Positions 49,740 to 58,731 are shown, numbered from the stretch's first letter. The stretch: DNA of 64,000 nt from Bdellovibrionales bacterium (GCA_965247685.1 OZ252021.1:1201-65200), one strand, 5' to 3'. Program-made: numbers and translations. Notes: generated by a model not told the origin, from the sequence alone.

Positions 49740-52700
49740 CTACTGTTGCCTTTTGGTTTCGAAAGCTCTTTGGGCTTCACACCTTGTGTCTCCGTCATTA
49801 GGCGCACATGTTGTACACGTTCCGTTTACTGCCTTTTGATTCCAAGGACATTGACAAGTAGTTCTATTCAGTCTTCTTAGTCTTCCTCCTCTACAATTAT
49901 CTGCGCATTGCGCATGACCACTAGGATACGCTATGCTCTGGTTTGAAGGACATTCACACCTATTCCCGATCCTTTCTTGTCCTCCAGCACATCTAGCTAC
50001 ACAGTTACCATCGATCCTTTCTTGTCCTCCAGTACATCTAGCTACACACCTGTTATTCACTACTATCTGCCCTGAACCACATCTGCAAGTATAAGTACAA
50101 TTCCTGTTTTCAGCTTTCCATGTATCACATTCTTGTTGAAGAGTAGGACTAGCGTAAGGGCACTGAGCCTCTATGTTTGTACTTCTATAACGAACTCCAC
50201 ATACAGAATTGCTTGGTTCATTGCCAATCCGTCTACAGTTGACCCAACAAAACTGTGTATTTCTGGATGTACAAGAACCACAATTAAAGTCTGGATAATC
50301 ATCGTCGGGCTTTCTGCCGAAGATATTAGTACCAGGACATATGGTGCATTGTGATGGCTCTGTAGGAAGACCATCAAATATAAGACTTCCACCAGGAGTA
50401 ATAGTGCCTGGTGTTCGAACAATAGAGGTAGTCACTTCACAATTACTCGAATTACTAATGAAGTTCGTATAATTAACACTGGTACCAGGTACTTCGTCGT
50501 CATCACAAAGATCGTCGTCTCCAATATCTGGCAGATCAACAAAGACATTCTCTCTTAACGAATAAAGACTCGTAGAAATGAAAGAAGCTTTTTCATCCCA
50601 ATCCCATCGAGCATCATTTTCGGTTCTAGTCACTCCAATCTCACCTGTGACATGTAGATTTCCATTTCTGTATTTATACACTAGACTTGCTTTAGGATTG
50701 AGCTGCCCTATACTCCAACAGCGACTGTCTGAGGCACTATCAAAGCTGTACTGATATTTATCTGCTCCTGAGTCTACCGCCTGTCCACTGATAGGATCAT
50801 ACTCTTGGTTAAGTCTAATTGCGTTAACTGCATTAATACATTCTTGTTTAACAGTAGCCGCACCTTTGTTAATTAAAGTTTGAAGTGCAATTTTACGATC
50901 ATTTAAGTTTACTGCATCTTGAGACGCTCGTCTGACACTATCTGTGTGAGTAGAACAATGTTTATTTTCAAAAGCATCATGGGCTTTTAATTCGTTCACC
51001 TTATTAATAAACAGGTTTCTATTGGCTATTGCATCGTTAGTTTTTGTGAGAAGTTGTTGATAGTAATTAAAAGCTCCGCCACAAAGCTCCATATTCTTAT
51101 GGCAAATATTTCTATTTTTTCGAACCGCTTGAGTGATTTTTTTAGAATGTTTTATACCATTCAATATCAAAGCATTGCTATCAGTGGTGCTATTATAAGC
51201 TTTAACAATACACTGTCCTTTTGCACGACGCAGTTTTTCAGCTTTCCAAAGATCACAAAACTTACCTTCATTTTGTACATGATAAGATCCAGAATTATAA
51301 AACTTGAGTATGACATCAATGGAACGCATACCTTTTGCAAAACTACCCAAGTTGTATTCAGTCAACGTTTCTAAACTAGAAGTGTCCGCTTCTCCAACAT
51401 CAAAAGCGATATTATCTTTAAGTTTGTTCAACGTTTCACCACCATCCGTTTTAGAAGCAGAGCAACTGCTAGGCCAATCTTGTTCAGTTCCTCGAAGAAT
51501 TAAACTTTGATGAGTCCACAAATCTGTATTTTCTACGTTAGAAACACAAATTTTAGTCAATTTTTCATGAATGCTGTTATCACTTTTAAAAAGCGCTCTC
51601 ATCTCTTCAGCATCCATTATATGGCCAGCCTTATCTATAACACCGGATGCCGTTCCACCCGTTAAGAAAAGAGCACTAGAACTCACAGCATTCATTTGTT
51701 GATATCTGGATTGATGATTAGCCGCAAAGTTGAAAATAGAATCTGTGGCTCTCATATTTGTACCAAAAATACCCTGCCAATCTGGCACCCAATTCCAACT
51801 TTGATGATATTGCCTAGATGATGTATCGGGATTAGGCTTCAAACCAATCCATGCCGAAGCAGGAGTCTCAAGCAAACTGCCGTCAATTATAATGTGATAA
51901 TCTGAGTTTTGAGATATTGTAAAGTCAGATTGAGACGTATCTGCAAATTTGAAACTCAATTGATTTCTGGAATTATGGAATGGAACACCATCTACAAACT
52001 TAAAAGGGTTGGGGAACGAATATCGAGGCGCATTCGGAGCTACAGTTTGAAGAGCTGCCGCCCAAAGTTCTCTTGAATCTGGAGGAATGAAAAACCAATT
52101 AGATCCTAAGTTTCTACACGCTTGATGTCCAGGAGTCAGACTGGTTCCTTTAGTTTGAGATAACTTAAAAATATCTTTGATTTTGGTTGCACCCACTTTA
52201 CGGCAAAGGTAAGGAAAAGATCGAGATGTACTCGAACCAACTCCTCGAAGCCCTCTATATTGCAGATGATGAGTCAGTAAAAGAGCTTGCATGTTCGCAC
52301 TAGCCCCAGCAGTACTAATACCACTAGTTTCATCATTATTGTTGCCACCGGCATTGCGATCGGCATGAAAGTTCGAATCCGTTTTAATATAAATAGGACG
52401 AGCTGGTCTCATGCGGGATTGTATATCTCTTATTGTAACACCTGAAGGAAGTGATGCTGTAGACAAGTCAGTATATTTAATCCCTTCAAAAGGCTCTCTA
52501 TAGAAGAACGCCCAATCTCCACCTTTCATCATAGACGGCCAACCTTCGTGAAACATTCCAGAAGCATCCCTTTGAATATTCACCCAAACATGATTTTCAC
52601 TGGAAGACTCATCAAAAGAATCACCAAAGTTAGTCGCCATGTTCACACTATTTTTAAACTTGATCACTTCCACATTATTTTCCGTCTCAACAGTCAACCC

Positions 52701-54707
52701 TGCATCTTCAAGAGTTTTTCTTACAGAAGCATCCGTTGCATCAATGCTTTCTGGAGGCAGATTGTAAGCAATAGCTAAACTCGGCAACAACCCGTTTGTC
52801 CATACACCTTCCTGAGAAGGAGATCCTAATTTTTGAACTTCCGATAAAGGAGCTAAACAATTCAGTTGAGCATCCAAGCCAGAAGCTCCACCCGTTACAA
52901 TTTTAGATTTTCCATTCACAAAGCAAAGTGTTTTTTTACTTCCTGCTGTATATTCAAAATCTACACTCCTGTAGTCCGTTCCAACATCACTATTACCACA
53001 AAGAACAGGCTTAAATTCTGTAGGAGACATTCTCTTAACACATCTTCTGCTCTGGTAAATATAATAGCTACCAACCAAGGTAAAACTGTTTGTATTTTGC
53101 TCATAATCTTTATGTATAACACACTCTGGAACACTTCCATCTAAAGGTTCATCTGGAAGAGTCGCCACCTTACCAAAAGTTCCCACACCATAACGATGGC
53201 AGTTCTTCATATGACAAACTGTACATTGCATCTTCACATTATAAGGAGAGCTTCCAAAATTAATATTTTTAGAGCACTTTTTAGATCCTTTACTTGTAAT
53301 ATCATTGTATTCGACACTAATGGATGGAGAATAATAATTAGGCTGTTCACAAATGTTCTTGCATATATTTTGACTGCCATTTTTCACAGAAACATAAGAA
53401 GTCACCTCTGTTCCACCTGCTTGCAAATGCCAAAAATTGTGGTTTTTATCAAAAGTTTTTAGTCCTATTCTATCTCTTCCCACACGGCTACTCCCACTCC
53501 CATCACCATGCAAAGCTGCAACAGTCCAAGGGCCGATTCTAAAATCTAAACTATCGATATTGGTCGATTTCAAAAAGGTGTCAAGGTAAAGACCGTAAGT
53601 CATTCGAATAGAAGAATCAAAAAATTCATCATCATCAAATCGCTTCGAATCATTGGCACAACGGAAAACATTTAAGGAACAGCTCGCCGCCACATTTTGA
53701 ATTGTGTCACTTCCAAGAACCACATTCTTAGGATTTCCTGTGTTTTCTATTTGGCCTGCTTGCAAAATATTCTTACTCACATAATCCACAGATAAAGCAC
53801 TACAAATACCCGGCCCTTTAATATTTGAATGATAACAAATCTTTCCTTCCGAAGTTGAAGAACCTAAAGAACTCGTCGATAAACGAGCCAGCATATAATT
53901 TTGCGTAGATAAACTGCAGGCTCCAGGTCCACCATCACAAATATGACACTCTAAAACTTCTGAAGATAAAACAAGTTTTTCACTTTTAGAAACTGCGTAA
54001 GTGCTTTCTTGGCTGGAATCAGTTGTAATCTTGTTAGGCATAGAAATAACAGACTTCAGTTTATAAACCAAAAAACCCACTGGCACAGTGTCTGAGTTAG
54101 CTTGTTCGATTTCAGTAAAGGCAGGCATCTGTGTTGGAATCATTGTTAAACGAGCATATATATATCCCCCCGCTGATCGAGAAGCCTTCAAACATTTATT
54201 AAAATGATTTTCAGTAAAATCTCCAAAAAATCCATTCGAACCATTGGCACAATCACCTGAGCTTATCTGCCATTCTTTATTGCCAATGACTTTTAAAAAA
54301 TAGTTCCATCTTGTATCAGTAAAACCTAAAGAACTTCCGTCCAGAATTTTGCTTTTCTTTATCTCTATAGGGCAGGTAAACTCACCTTTAATATCATTAT
54401 AATTCAGTGCTGTTCCGACTAGACCGCATATTCCATACTTTTTAAAATCTTGAACCGTTCCCACACTTGAACTATCCACTTCCACTTGTATACCAATGAG
54501 CATCGATCTCATAGTCTCAAGCAGAGATTTGTGCTTGAACAAAACGTCGGATTGTTCACTATATTGAACTTGTGCCTGCTCAAAGTTACCCATATAGGTG
54601 GCAAGACCCACTGTAGATAAACCGAGTAAGGAAAATCCAAGAAGCGATCCCAATAAAGAAAAACCCTTATTCTTACTCAACATCTTAATTATTTTAGATC
54701 TAACCAT
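49740..54707 (-). CDS. Giant (1655 aa) secreted protein with a prepilin/PilX-like N-terminus and a Cys-rich repeat C-terminus; family unknown
   Basis: AGGAAG ribosome-binding site 6 nt upstream of ATG 54707. The N-terminus is MVRSKIIKMLSKNKG/FSLLGSLLGFSLLGLSTVGLATYM. The last 260 aa or so hold about 27 Cys in CxC / CxxC spacing (CRCGSGQ..., CVARCTGGQERI x2, CECPSNQ, CQCPWNQ, CTTCAPN). Confidence 0.85.
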   Translation of the reverse strand: MVRSKIIKMLSKNKGFSLLGSLLGFSLLGLSTVGLATYMGNFEQAQVQYSEQSDVLFKHKSLLETMRSMLIGIQVEVDSSSVGTVQDFKKYGICGLVGTALNYNDIKGEFTCPIEIKKSKILDGSSLGFTDTRWNYFLKVIGNKEWQISSGDCANGSNGFFGDFTENHFNKCLKASRSAGGYIYARLTMIPTQMPAFTEIEQANSDTVPVGFLVYKLKSVISMPNKITTDSSQESTYAVSKSEKLVLSSEVLECHICDGGPGACSLSTQNYMLARLSTSSLGSSTSEGKICYHSNIKGPGICSALSVDYVSKNILQAGQIENTGNPKNVVLGSDTIQNVAASCSLNVFRCANDSKRFDDDEFFDSSIRMTYGLYLDTFLKSTNIDSLDFRIGPWTVAALHGDGSGSSRVGRDRIGLKTFDKNHNFWHLQAGGTEVTSYVSVKNGSQNICKNICEQPNYYSPSISVEYNDITSKGSKKCSKNINFGSSPYNVKMQCTVCHMKNCHRYGVGTFGKVATLPDEPLDGSVPECVIHKDYEQNTNSFTLVGSYYIYQSRRCVKRMSPTEFKPVLCGNSDVGTDYRSVDFEYTAGSKKTLCFVNGKSKIVTGGASGLDAQLNCLAPLSEVQKLGSPSQEGVWTNGLLPSLAIAYNLPPESIDATDASVRKTLEDAGLTVETENNVEVIKFKNSVNMATNFGDSFDESSSENHVWVNIQRDASGMFHEGWPSMMKGGDWAFFYREPFEGIKYTDLSTASLPSGVTIRDIQSRMRPARPIYIKTDSNFHADRNAGGNNNDETSGISTAGASANMQALLLTHHLQYRGLRGVGSSTSRSFPYLCRKVGATKIKDIFKLSQTKGTSLTPGHQACRNLGSNWFFIPPDSRELWAAALQTVAPNAPRYSFPNPFKFVDGVPFHNSRNQLSFKFADTSQSDFTISQNSDYHIIIDGSLLETPASAWIGLKPNPDTSSRQYHQSWNWVPDWQGIFGTNMRATDSIFNFAANHQSRYQQMNAVSSSALFLTGGTASGVIDKAGHIMDAEEMRALFKSDNSIHEKLTKICVSNVENTDLWTHQSLILRGTEQDWPSSCSASKTDGGETLNKLKDNIAFDVGEADTSSLETLTEYNLGSFAKGMRSIDVILKFYNSGSYHVQNEGKFCDLWKAEKLRRAKGQCIVKAYNSTTDSNALILNGIKHSKKITQAVRKNRNICHKNMELCGGAFNYYQQLLTKTNDAIANRNLFINKVNELKAHDAFENKHCSTHTDSVRRASQDAVNLNDRKIALQTLINKGAATVKQECINAVNAIRLNQEYDPISGQAVDSGADKYQYSFDSASDSRCWSIGQLNPKASLVYKYRNGNLHVTGEIGVTRTENDARWDWDEKASFISTSLYSLRENVFVDLPDIGDDDLCDDDEVPGTSVNYTNFISNSSNCEVTTSIVRTPGTITPGGSLIFDGLPTEPSQCTICPGTNIFGRKPDDDYPDFNCGSCTSRNTQFCWVNCRRIGNEPSNSVCGVRYRSTNIEAQCPYASPTLQQECDTWKAENRNCTYTCRCGSGQIVVNNRCVARCTGGQERIDGNCVARCAGGQERIGNRCECPSNQSIAYPSGHAQCADNCRGGRLRRLNRTTCQCPWNQKAVNGTCTTCAPNDGDTRCEAQRAFETKRQQ
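49968..50057. repeat. 45-bp tandem duplication inside the giant gene (encodes CVARC(T/A)GGQERI...)
   Basis: 49968-50003 and 50013-50048 (GATCCTTTCTTGTCCTCCAG(C/T)ACATCTAGCTACACA) differ at one base. The period is 45 bp, so the duplication is in frame (15 aa). Confidence 0.9.
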
Positions 54708-54722
54708 TGCATCTTCCTATTT

Positions 54723-56840
54723 TTAATGTGGTGGTACAACCACAGTAGTGGTGACAGTTTTAATTGTTTGAGAAAGCACATTCGTTTGACTCTCTATAGT
54801 CACTGGCTGCATTCTATCTTCCAATCTCAGTGGATCGATCCCAGCGTATTCACAATAGGTATCAAAACCTACATATCGAACAGCCTCACCTATTCTTGGA
54901 CCATTTTCTGCAGATGTAATATCCACATATTTTCCATTTTTCAAAGCTTTACAAAAGCATCTATTCTTCTTATCCAAATTACACTTCTTGTTGATAGGAG
55001 GACAGTAAGCTGAATATTGTCTCATGCGGACTTCTTTATTATTGACCTTCTTATGAGCAATACATACATAGTCTGGTCTATCTGCTCTTCCGATCGTGTA
55101 AACAGATTGGATGGAATCCGATCCATGCACATTAAATGTTCTTGGAAAAGCAAGATCCACCACTGGAGGATCACCCACTATTCCCGTATCGCAAGTCCCG
55201 TCTTGTTCTATAGCAGAACCATCCGGACAGCACGCACCACCTACAGGCATAGCATTTCCATCAGGACAACACACTCCAGAAGGCGCAGAACCATCTGTAC
55301 ATGTGACTGCAACCGAACAAATTCCACTTGCGGGTTTAGGTGAGTTGTTTGGACATTTGCATATATTTGTATTGCTGGAATTAGCCTGTGTTTGAGCAAA
55401 CTTGTAAGAACCATTATTACATGCACACATTCCTGAACCATCTTTTGTGGAACCTGTAGGACATTGAGGACAGGAAAATGTGGAATCGGAAACATGAGCC
55501 TGCTTCGTTGGTTCATATTTACATATACATTGATCCACATTAAGTTCTGCATCTGAAGGACACGGAGAACAGTTGATTGAGGAATCTCCAAAAGCTGCAA
55601 CTATGCTTGGGTTATCAATACATTGACATCCTTCAGCGCCTTTATTCCTCGTTCCAGACACAGGACATCCTTTACAACTTAAACTCTTTAACGCAGTCAC
55701 ACTCGTGATAGAAGCAGACGGACGGTTTTGAACACTGGGGTCTGTAGAATTTTCTCTATGAAAAACACAGGCACATTGACTAGAATTGATAGGCGCCACA
55801 TTGAAGAGCACTCGCCAATTTGCATGATCTCTTGTTACAAATCGTTCGTGATTGTCCATCCACCAATTAACATTAGAAGAGTTTGCAGATTCTTTTAAAG
55901 ATGCAGCAACAAAGCTTCTAAGACCATTGTCATCCAAACTCACATCACGATCAGGATAAGGAGTACAGCAACTTTGTCCCTTTAGATTTCCTGCCTGTTT
56001 GCCAGGAAAAGCATCGCAAAGACAACTACGTTCATTGCTATCATAACTGGATCCAAAAGGACACTGAGTACAAGATAAGGAACTTCCTAACGGAGCTTGT
56101 CTGGTTGGATCATTATCACACCTACATACAACAGAACTATCTGGATTTGTATGTCGAGTTGTCTCCGGAGAGCATGCTGTTGTACTACAATTATTAGGTA
56201 AATTCCCTCCTATTGGGAAAGTGATACTCGGATCACTCGTACAACCACAGAATAAATTTTCAATTTGCTCTAGTTGCTGTTGTGAGAATTGGTATGGATT
56301 ACCCCCAAAATTACCACTTTCAGCATCTGTTCGGAGTTCACTTCCTGCTGGACATCTACTACGACAAACCGAAGGCAAAGGTTGATTTGTTGGGAATGTA
56401 ACAGTATTTCTCAAAACACACCTGCAAACTGGCTCAATGTCTGCTCCTTCGAATACAATACTTCCTGCTGGACAAGTTCTTGTAGCAGGATCTGTAGCAG
56501 GATCGAGAGTGGGATCGAGAGTGGGATCGGGACAATTCTGAGGTATATTTTCTGCTCCGTAGAAACCTACATCACCCGGACATAAACATATTTCCTGCCA
56601 TGCATTAACACTTGGACTATTACCAAAACCACTAGTCGTGGCGCGATAGAAGTTTCCTCCCGCACACTTGCCCTGTAGATGCTGATGAGCACCAGCATTA
56701 GAATCAGTATGAGCACTTGTATAAAAACTGCCGAAACAGATTACAGCCAAAATAAACCAATATTTTTTTGTACAAAAAGGTGCAAAAAAATATTTATTAA
56801 AAGTTTTCATCCAATTTATGTTATCCATATTTTCGTTCAT
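54723..56840 (-). CDS. 705-aa secreted cysteine-rich repeat protein; family unknown
   Basis: Signal-like segment WFILAVICFGSFYTSA/HT. By hand count there are 50 Cys after it, including 11 CxC pairs and 6 C-x2/4-CP pairs in a periodic module of about 33-40 aa (CP.GS...CxC...C..). The start lies 2 nt after the upstream stop. Confidence 0.85.
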   Translation of the reverse strand: MNENMDNINWMKTFNKYFFAPFCTKKYWFILAVICFGSFYTSAHTDSNAGAHQHLQGKCAGGNFYRATTSGFGNSPSVNAWQEICLCPGDVGFYGAENIPQNCPDPTLDPTLDPATDPATRTCPAGSIVFEGADIEPVCRCVLRNTVTFPTNQPLPSVCRSRCPAGSELRTDAESGNFGGNPYQFSQQQLEQIENLFCGCTSDPSITFPIGGNLPNNCSTTACSPETTRHTNPDSSVVCRCDNDPTRQAPLGSSLSCTQCPFGSSYDSNERSCLCDAFPGKQAGNLKGQSCCTPYPDRDVSLDDNGLRSFVAASLKESANSSNVNWWMDNHERFVTRDHANWRVLFNVAPINSSQCACVFHRENSTDPSVQNRPSASITSVTALKSLSCKGCPVSGTRNKGAEGCQCIDNPSIVAAFGDSSINCSPCPSDAELNVDQCICKYEPTKQAHVSDSTFSCPQCPTGSTKDGSGMCACNNGSYKFAQTQANSSNTNICKCPNNSPKPASGICSVAVTCTDGSAPSGVCCPDGNAMPVGGACCPDGSAIEQDGTCDTGIVGDPPVVDLAFPRTFNVHGSDSIQSVYTIGRADRPDYVCIAHKKVNNKEVRMRQYSAYCPPINKKCNLDKKNRCFCKALKNGKYVDITSAENGPRIGEAVRYVGFDTYCEYAGIDPLRLEDRMQPVTIESQTNVLSQTIKTVTTTVVVPPH
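56481..56528. repeat. Two adjacent 12-bp tandem doublets (TGTAGCAGGATC x2, GAGAGTGGGATC x2)
   Basis: Read directly. On the coding (minus) strand this encodes DPTLDPTLDPATDPAT (residues 105-120 of the 705-aa protein). Confidence 0.9.
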
Positions 56841-56842
56841 AC

Positions 56843-58558
56843 TTACCTACTTAATGGAAGAGTGGCTAAACTCCCAGCTCCAAAAACGTTAGAGAGAAAT
56901 CGCGGCGGAGTCGATCCTCCTCCCGGAAGAGGTCTTGTAGATGTCATACAACCTCCAAGAGAAATGGCACTTCCACTGCAACCCGGCCAATTGTTTCGTT
57001 GACACAAAGCTTGCACTGCAGTCAGCTGAGAATTTGCTAAAGCAGGGAGAGTTGCTGGTGCCGGACAAGAAAAAGGCTGCACCGACGTCCCACTGGCTCT
57101 CGCCACAACATGAGGCCCTTGAATCACACCATCACATGTTAATGTTCCACGACATACAGAACCATCTGGGCCCGTAACATCTGTTCCCAGAGTACCTATT
57201 CTTCTCTGCCTGCAAGTACAATTCATCCGCTTCACGTTCACTTCGTAATAGCTTGAATAATAACAAGGTATTAAATCTTGAATAACACGAGAACCTCCAG
57301 GACCAACAGGTCTAGGAGAACTTCCACTTGCAAACTCTCTCGCCCTTACAATATGTTGACCCAAACTAGATTTCGTATCCCTATCAAGATCTTCTCTTTT
57401 AAGAGCAATGTCAAAAAGCACTCCCGGTCCTTTATTTAATACTTTGAGTTCTTTTCGCAAAAGTTGAGTTCCCTTAGGATAATTGCCAAGAACCGCCGCA
57501 TTTTGTATCGTATTGTAGTCACTAAGACCCACACAACGAGGATATTCATTGTCGTAATGTTCGTTATAAGCCGACTCACACTTCATAGCACAAGATTCAG
57601 ACGCTATAGGTCTGATATGAAAGGTGGAAAAAGGACGGCGAACCGCCGCATTCATTACAATCTTCTGCTTCTTCACATCCTTAGATACTTGGTAAGGAAC
57701 CACCACGCTCACGAAGACCATGGAATCATCACTATCTTGCACAGGATAATAATCACAAACAGTATGAGCTCCATCTACTGTATATTGACCATTAGAATCT
57801 TTAATTTTACAAAGAACAGAAGGCATCCCCATATAACCAGCATAGTTAAGTCTCATATCCAAAGGATAATCATCATCTTCTTTTGTGGGAGGGGCGTAAG
57901 GACAAAGTCCGTCTACTTCTAATAGAGTTCTAGTGTCCCGGCAAATCACACCTTTATCCGCAATGGAAAGAGCAGCACGAACACTTGGATCATTCGCATT
58001 ACGAACAGCCCAAGTAATTTCTGCATTTTTAAAAAGTGTATGGTAATCATTTTTAAGGTCGGTATCGAGAGGATTAAAAACTAAATATGCTTTGCCTTCC
58101 ATTTGATTGTTGTAAGGGGAAGGTAAATTGACAGTTTTAAACCAAGAAGGCTTACCTGAAGGAGGTTGCCCTAATAACCCTAAACTATCATAGAAATCAT
58201 GGGCAATTTTATTGACCACTCCATTTGGATTAGAATTTCCGTCCAAATCTTCTCGAGGCAAAGGACCTATTTGATAGCATCCGCGGACCTGCTTTTTCCA
58301 TCCATCATTTTCATTTCCTATTTGAGCATTAGAGCAAATGACCACATTTTTTTGTACCATTAAAGTCGCTAAAGCAATCGATTTTTGGGCTAAGATAAAA
58401 GCCTGTTGTTGATTCAGCCCTTGTGCTGCACCACTGGCAAAGTTTTGAGCCACTTGATGAGTCGCCATAATGGTCGCAGCCACAACACCTGAAGCCATTA
58501 AAGAAAGGACTAAACTTCCTTTTTTTCCAAGCATTTTTTTTGTTCTTTTAAATATCAA
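56843..58558 (-). CDS. 571-aa secreted Cys-containing protein with a prepilin/PilX-like N-terminus; family unknown
   Basis: N-terminus (MIFKRTKK)MLGKKG/SLVLSLMASGVVAATIMATHQVAQNF. The first 70 aa or so are homologous to the N-terminus of the giant protein. The start is either TTG 58558 or ATG 58534. Confidence 0.8.
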   Translation of the reverse strand: MIFKRTKKMLGKKGSLVLSLMASGVVAATIMATHQVAQNFASGAAQGLNQQQAFILAQKSIALATLMVQKNVVICSNAQIGNENDGWKKQVRGCYQIGPLPREDLDGNSNPNGVVNKIAHDFYDSLGLLGQPPSGKPSWFKTVNLPSPYNNQMEGKAYLVFNPLDTDLKNDYHTLFKNAEITWAVRNANDPSVRAALSIADKGVICRDTRTLLEVDGLCPYAPPTKEDDDYPLDMRLNYAGYMGMPSVLCKIKDSNGQYTVDGAHTVCDYYPVQDSDDSMVFVSVVVPYQVSKDVKKQKIVMNAAVRRPFSTFHIRPIASESCAMKCESAYNEHYDNEYPRCVGLSDYNTIQNAAVLGNYPKGTQLLRKELKVLNKGPGVLFDIALKREDLDRDTKSSLGQHIVRAREFASGSSPRPVGPGGSRVIQDLIPCYYSSYYEVNVKRMNCTCRQRRIGTLGTDVTGPDGSVCRGTLTCDGVIQGPHVVARASGTSVQPFSCPAPATLPALANSQLTAVQALCQRNNWPGCSGSAISLGGCMTSTRPLPGGGSTPPRFLSNVFGAGSLATLPLSR

Positions 58559-58731
58559 AATTTTCTGCCCTGCTTTTGTTTTCTCTTTTAGTTATTTTTT
58601 ATCGAAAAATTATCTTTATAAATTTACAAACAAAATTATTAATTTAAATTTCATAAACAACCAGTAAAAAAACAAAGCAGCAATCTATATTTGAAGACAC
58701 GGAGATCTGCACAGCAATACTTTGTCCCACC

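Noticed and set aside
49609-49839. 76-aa ORF (MDSFVFCQRKRAHIRS...) between the ankyrin gene and the giant gene.
   Set aside because: Its 5' half is an out-of-frame reading of the decayed ankyrin duplicate, and its 3' end overlaps the giant gene's stop region. It is an artefact of the pseudogene remnant.
51738-52160. Possible C-type lectin-like domain in the giant protein. The evidence is HQACRNLGSNWFFIPPDSRELWAAAL, then AWIGLKPNP and WNWVPDW, resembling the A..C...G..LA.I.S.EE and WIGL / WxWxDG hallmarks.
   Set aside because: The Cys-to-WIGL distance is about 89 residues by my count, roughly twice that of canonical C-type lectin-like domains, and I could not find the closing Cys pair. It is suggestive only and needs HHpred or structure prediction before being called.
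52371-52380. GTTCGAATCC string resembling a tRNA T-arm.
   Set aside because: It lies inside the giant coding frame with no acceptor or anticodon stem context. It is a chance match.
58520-58541. Homopolymer tracts (T7 at 58520-58526, T8 at 58534-58541; A-runs on the coding strand) in and just before the leader-coding part of the 571-aa gene. These could act as phase-variation switches.
   Set aside because: Runs of 7-8 A/T are common in this AT-rich window (for example the A9 in fbaB at about 1225) and are shorter than typical contingency-locus tracts. Population data would be needed.
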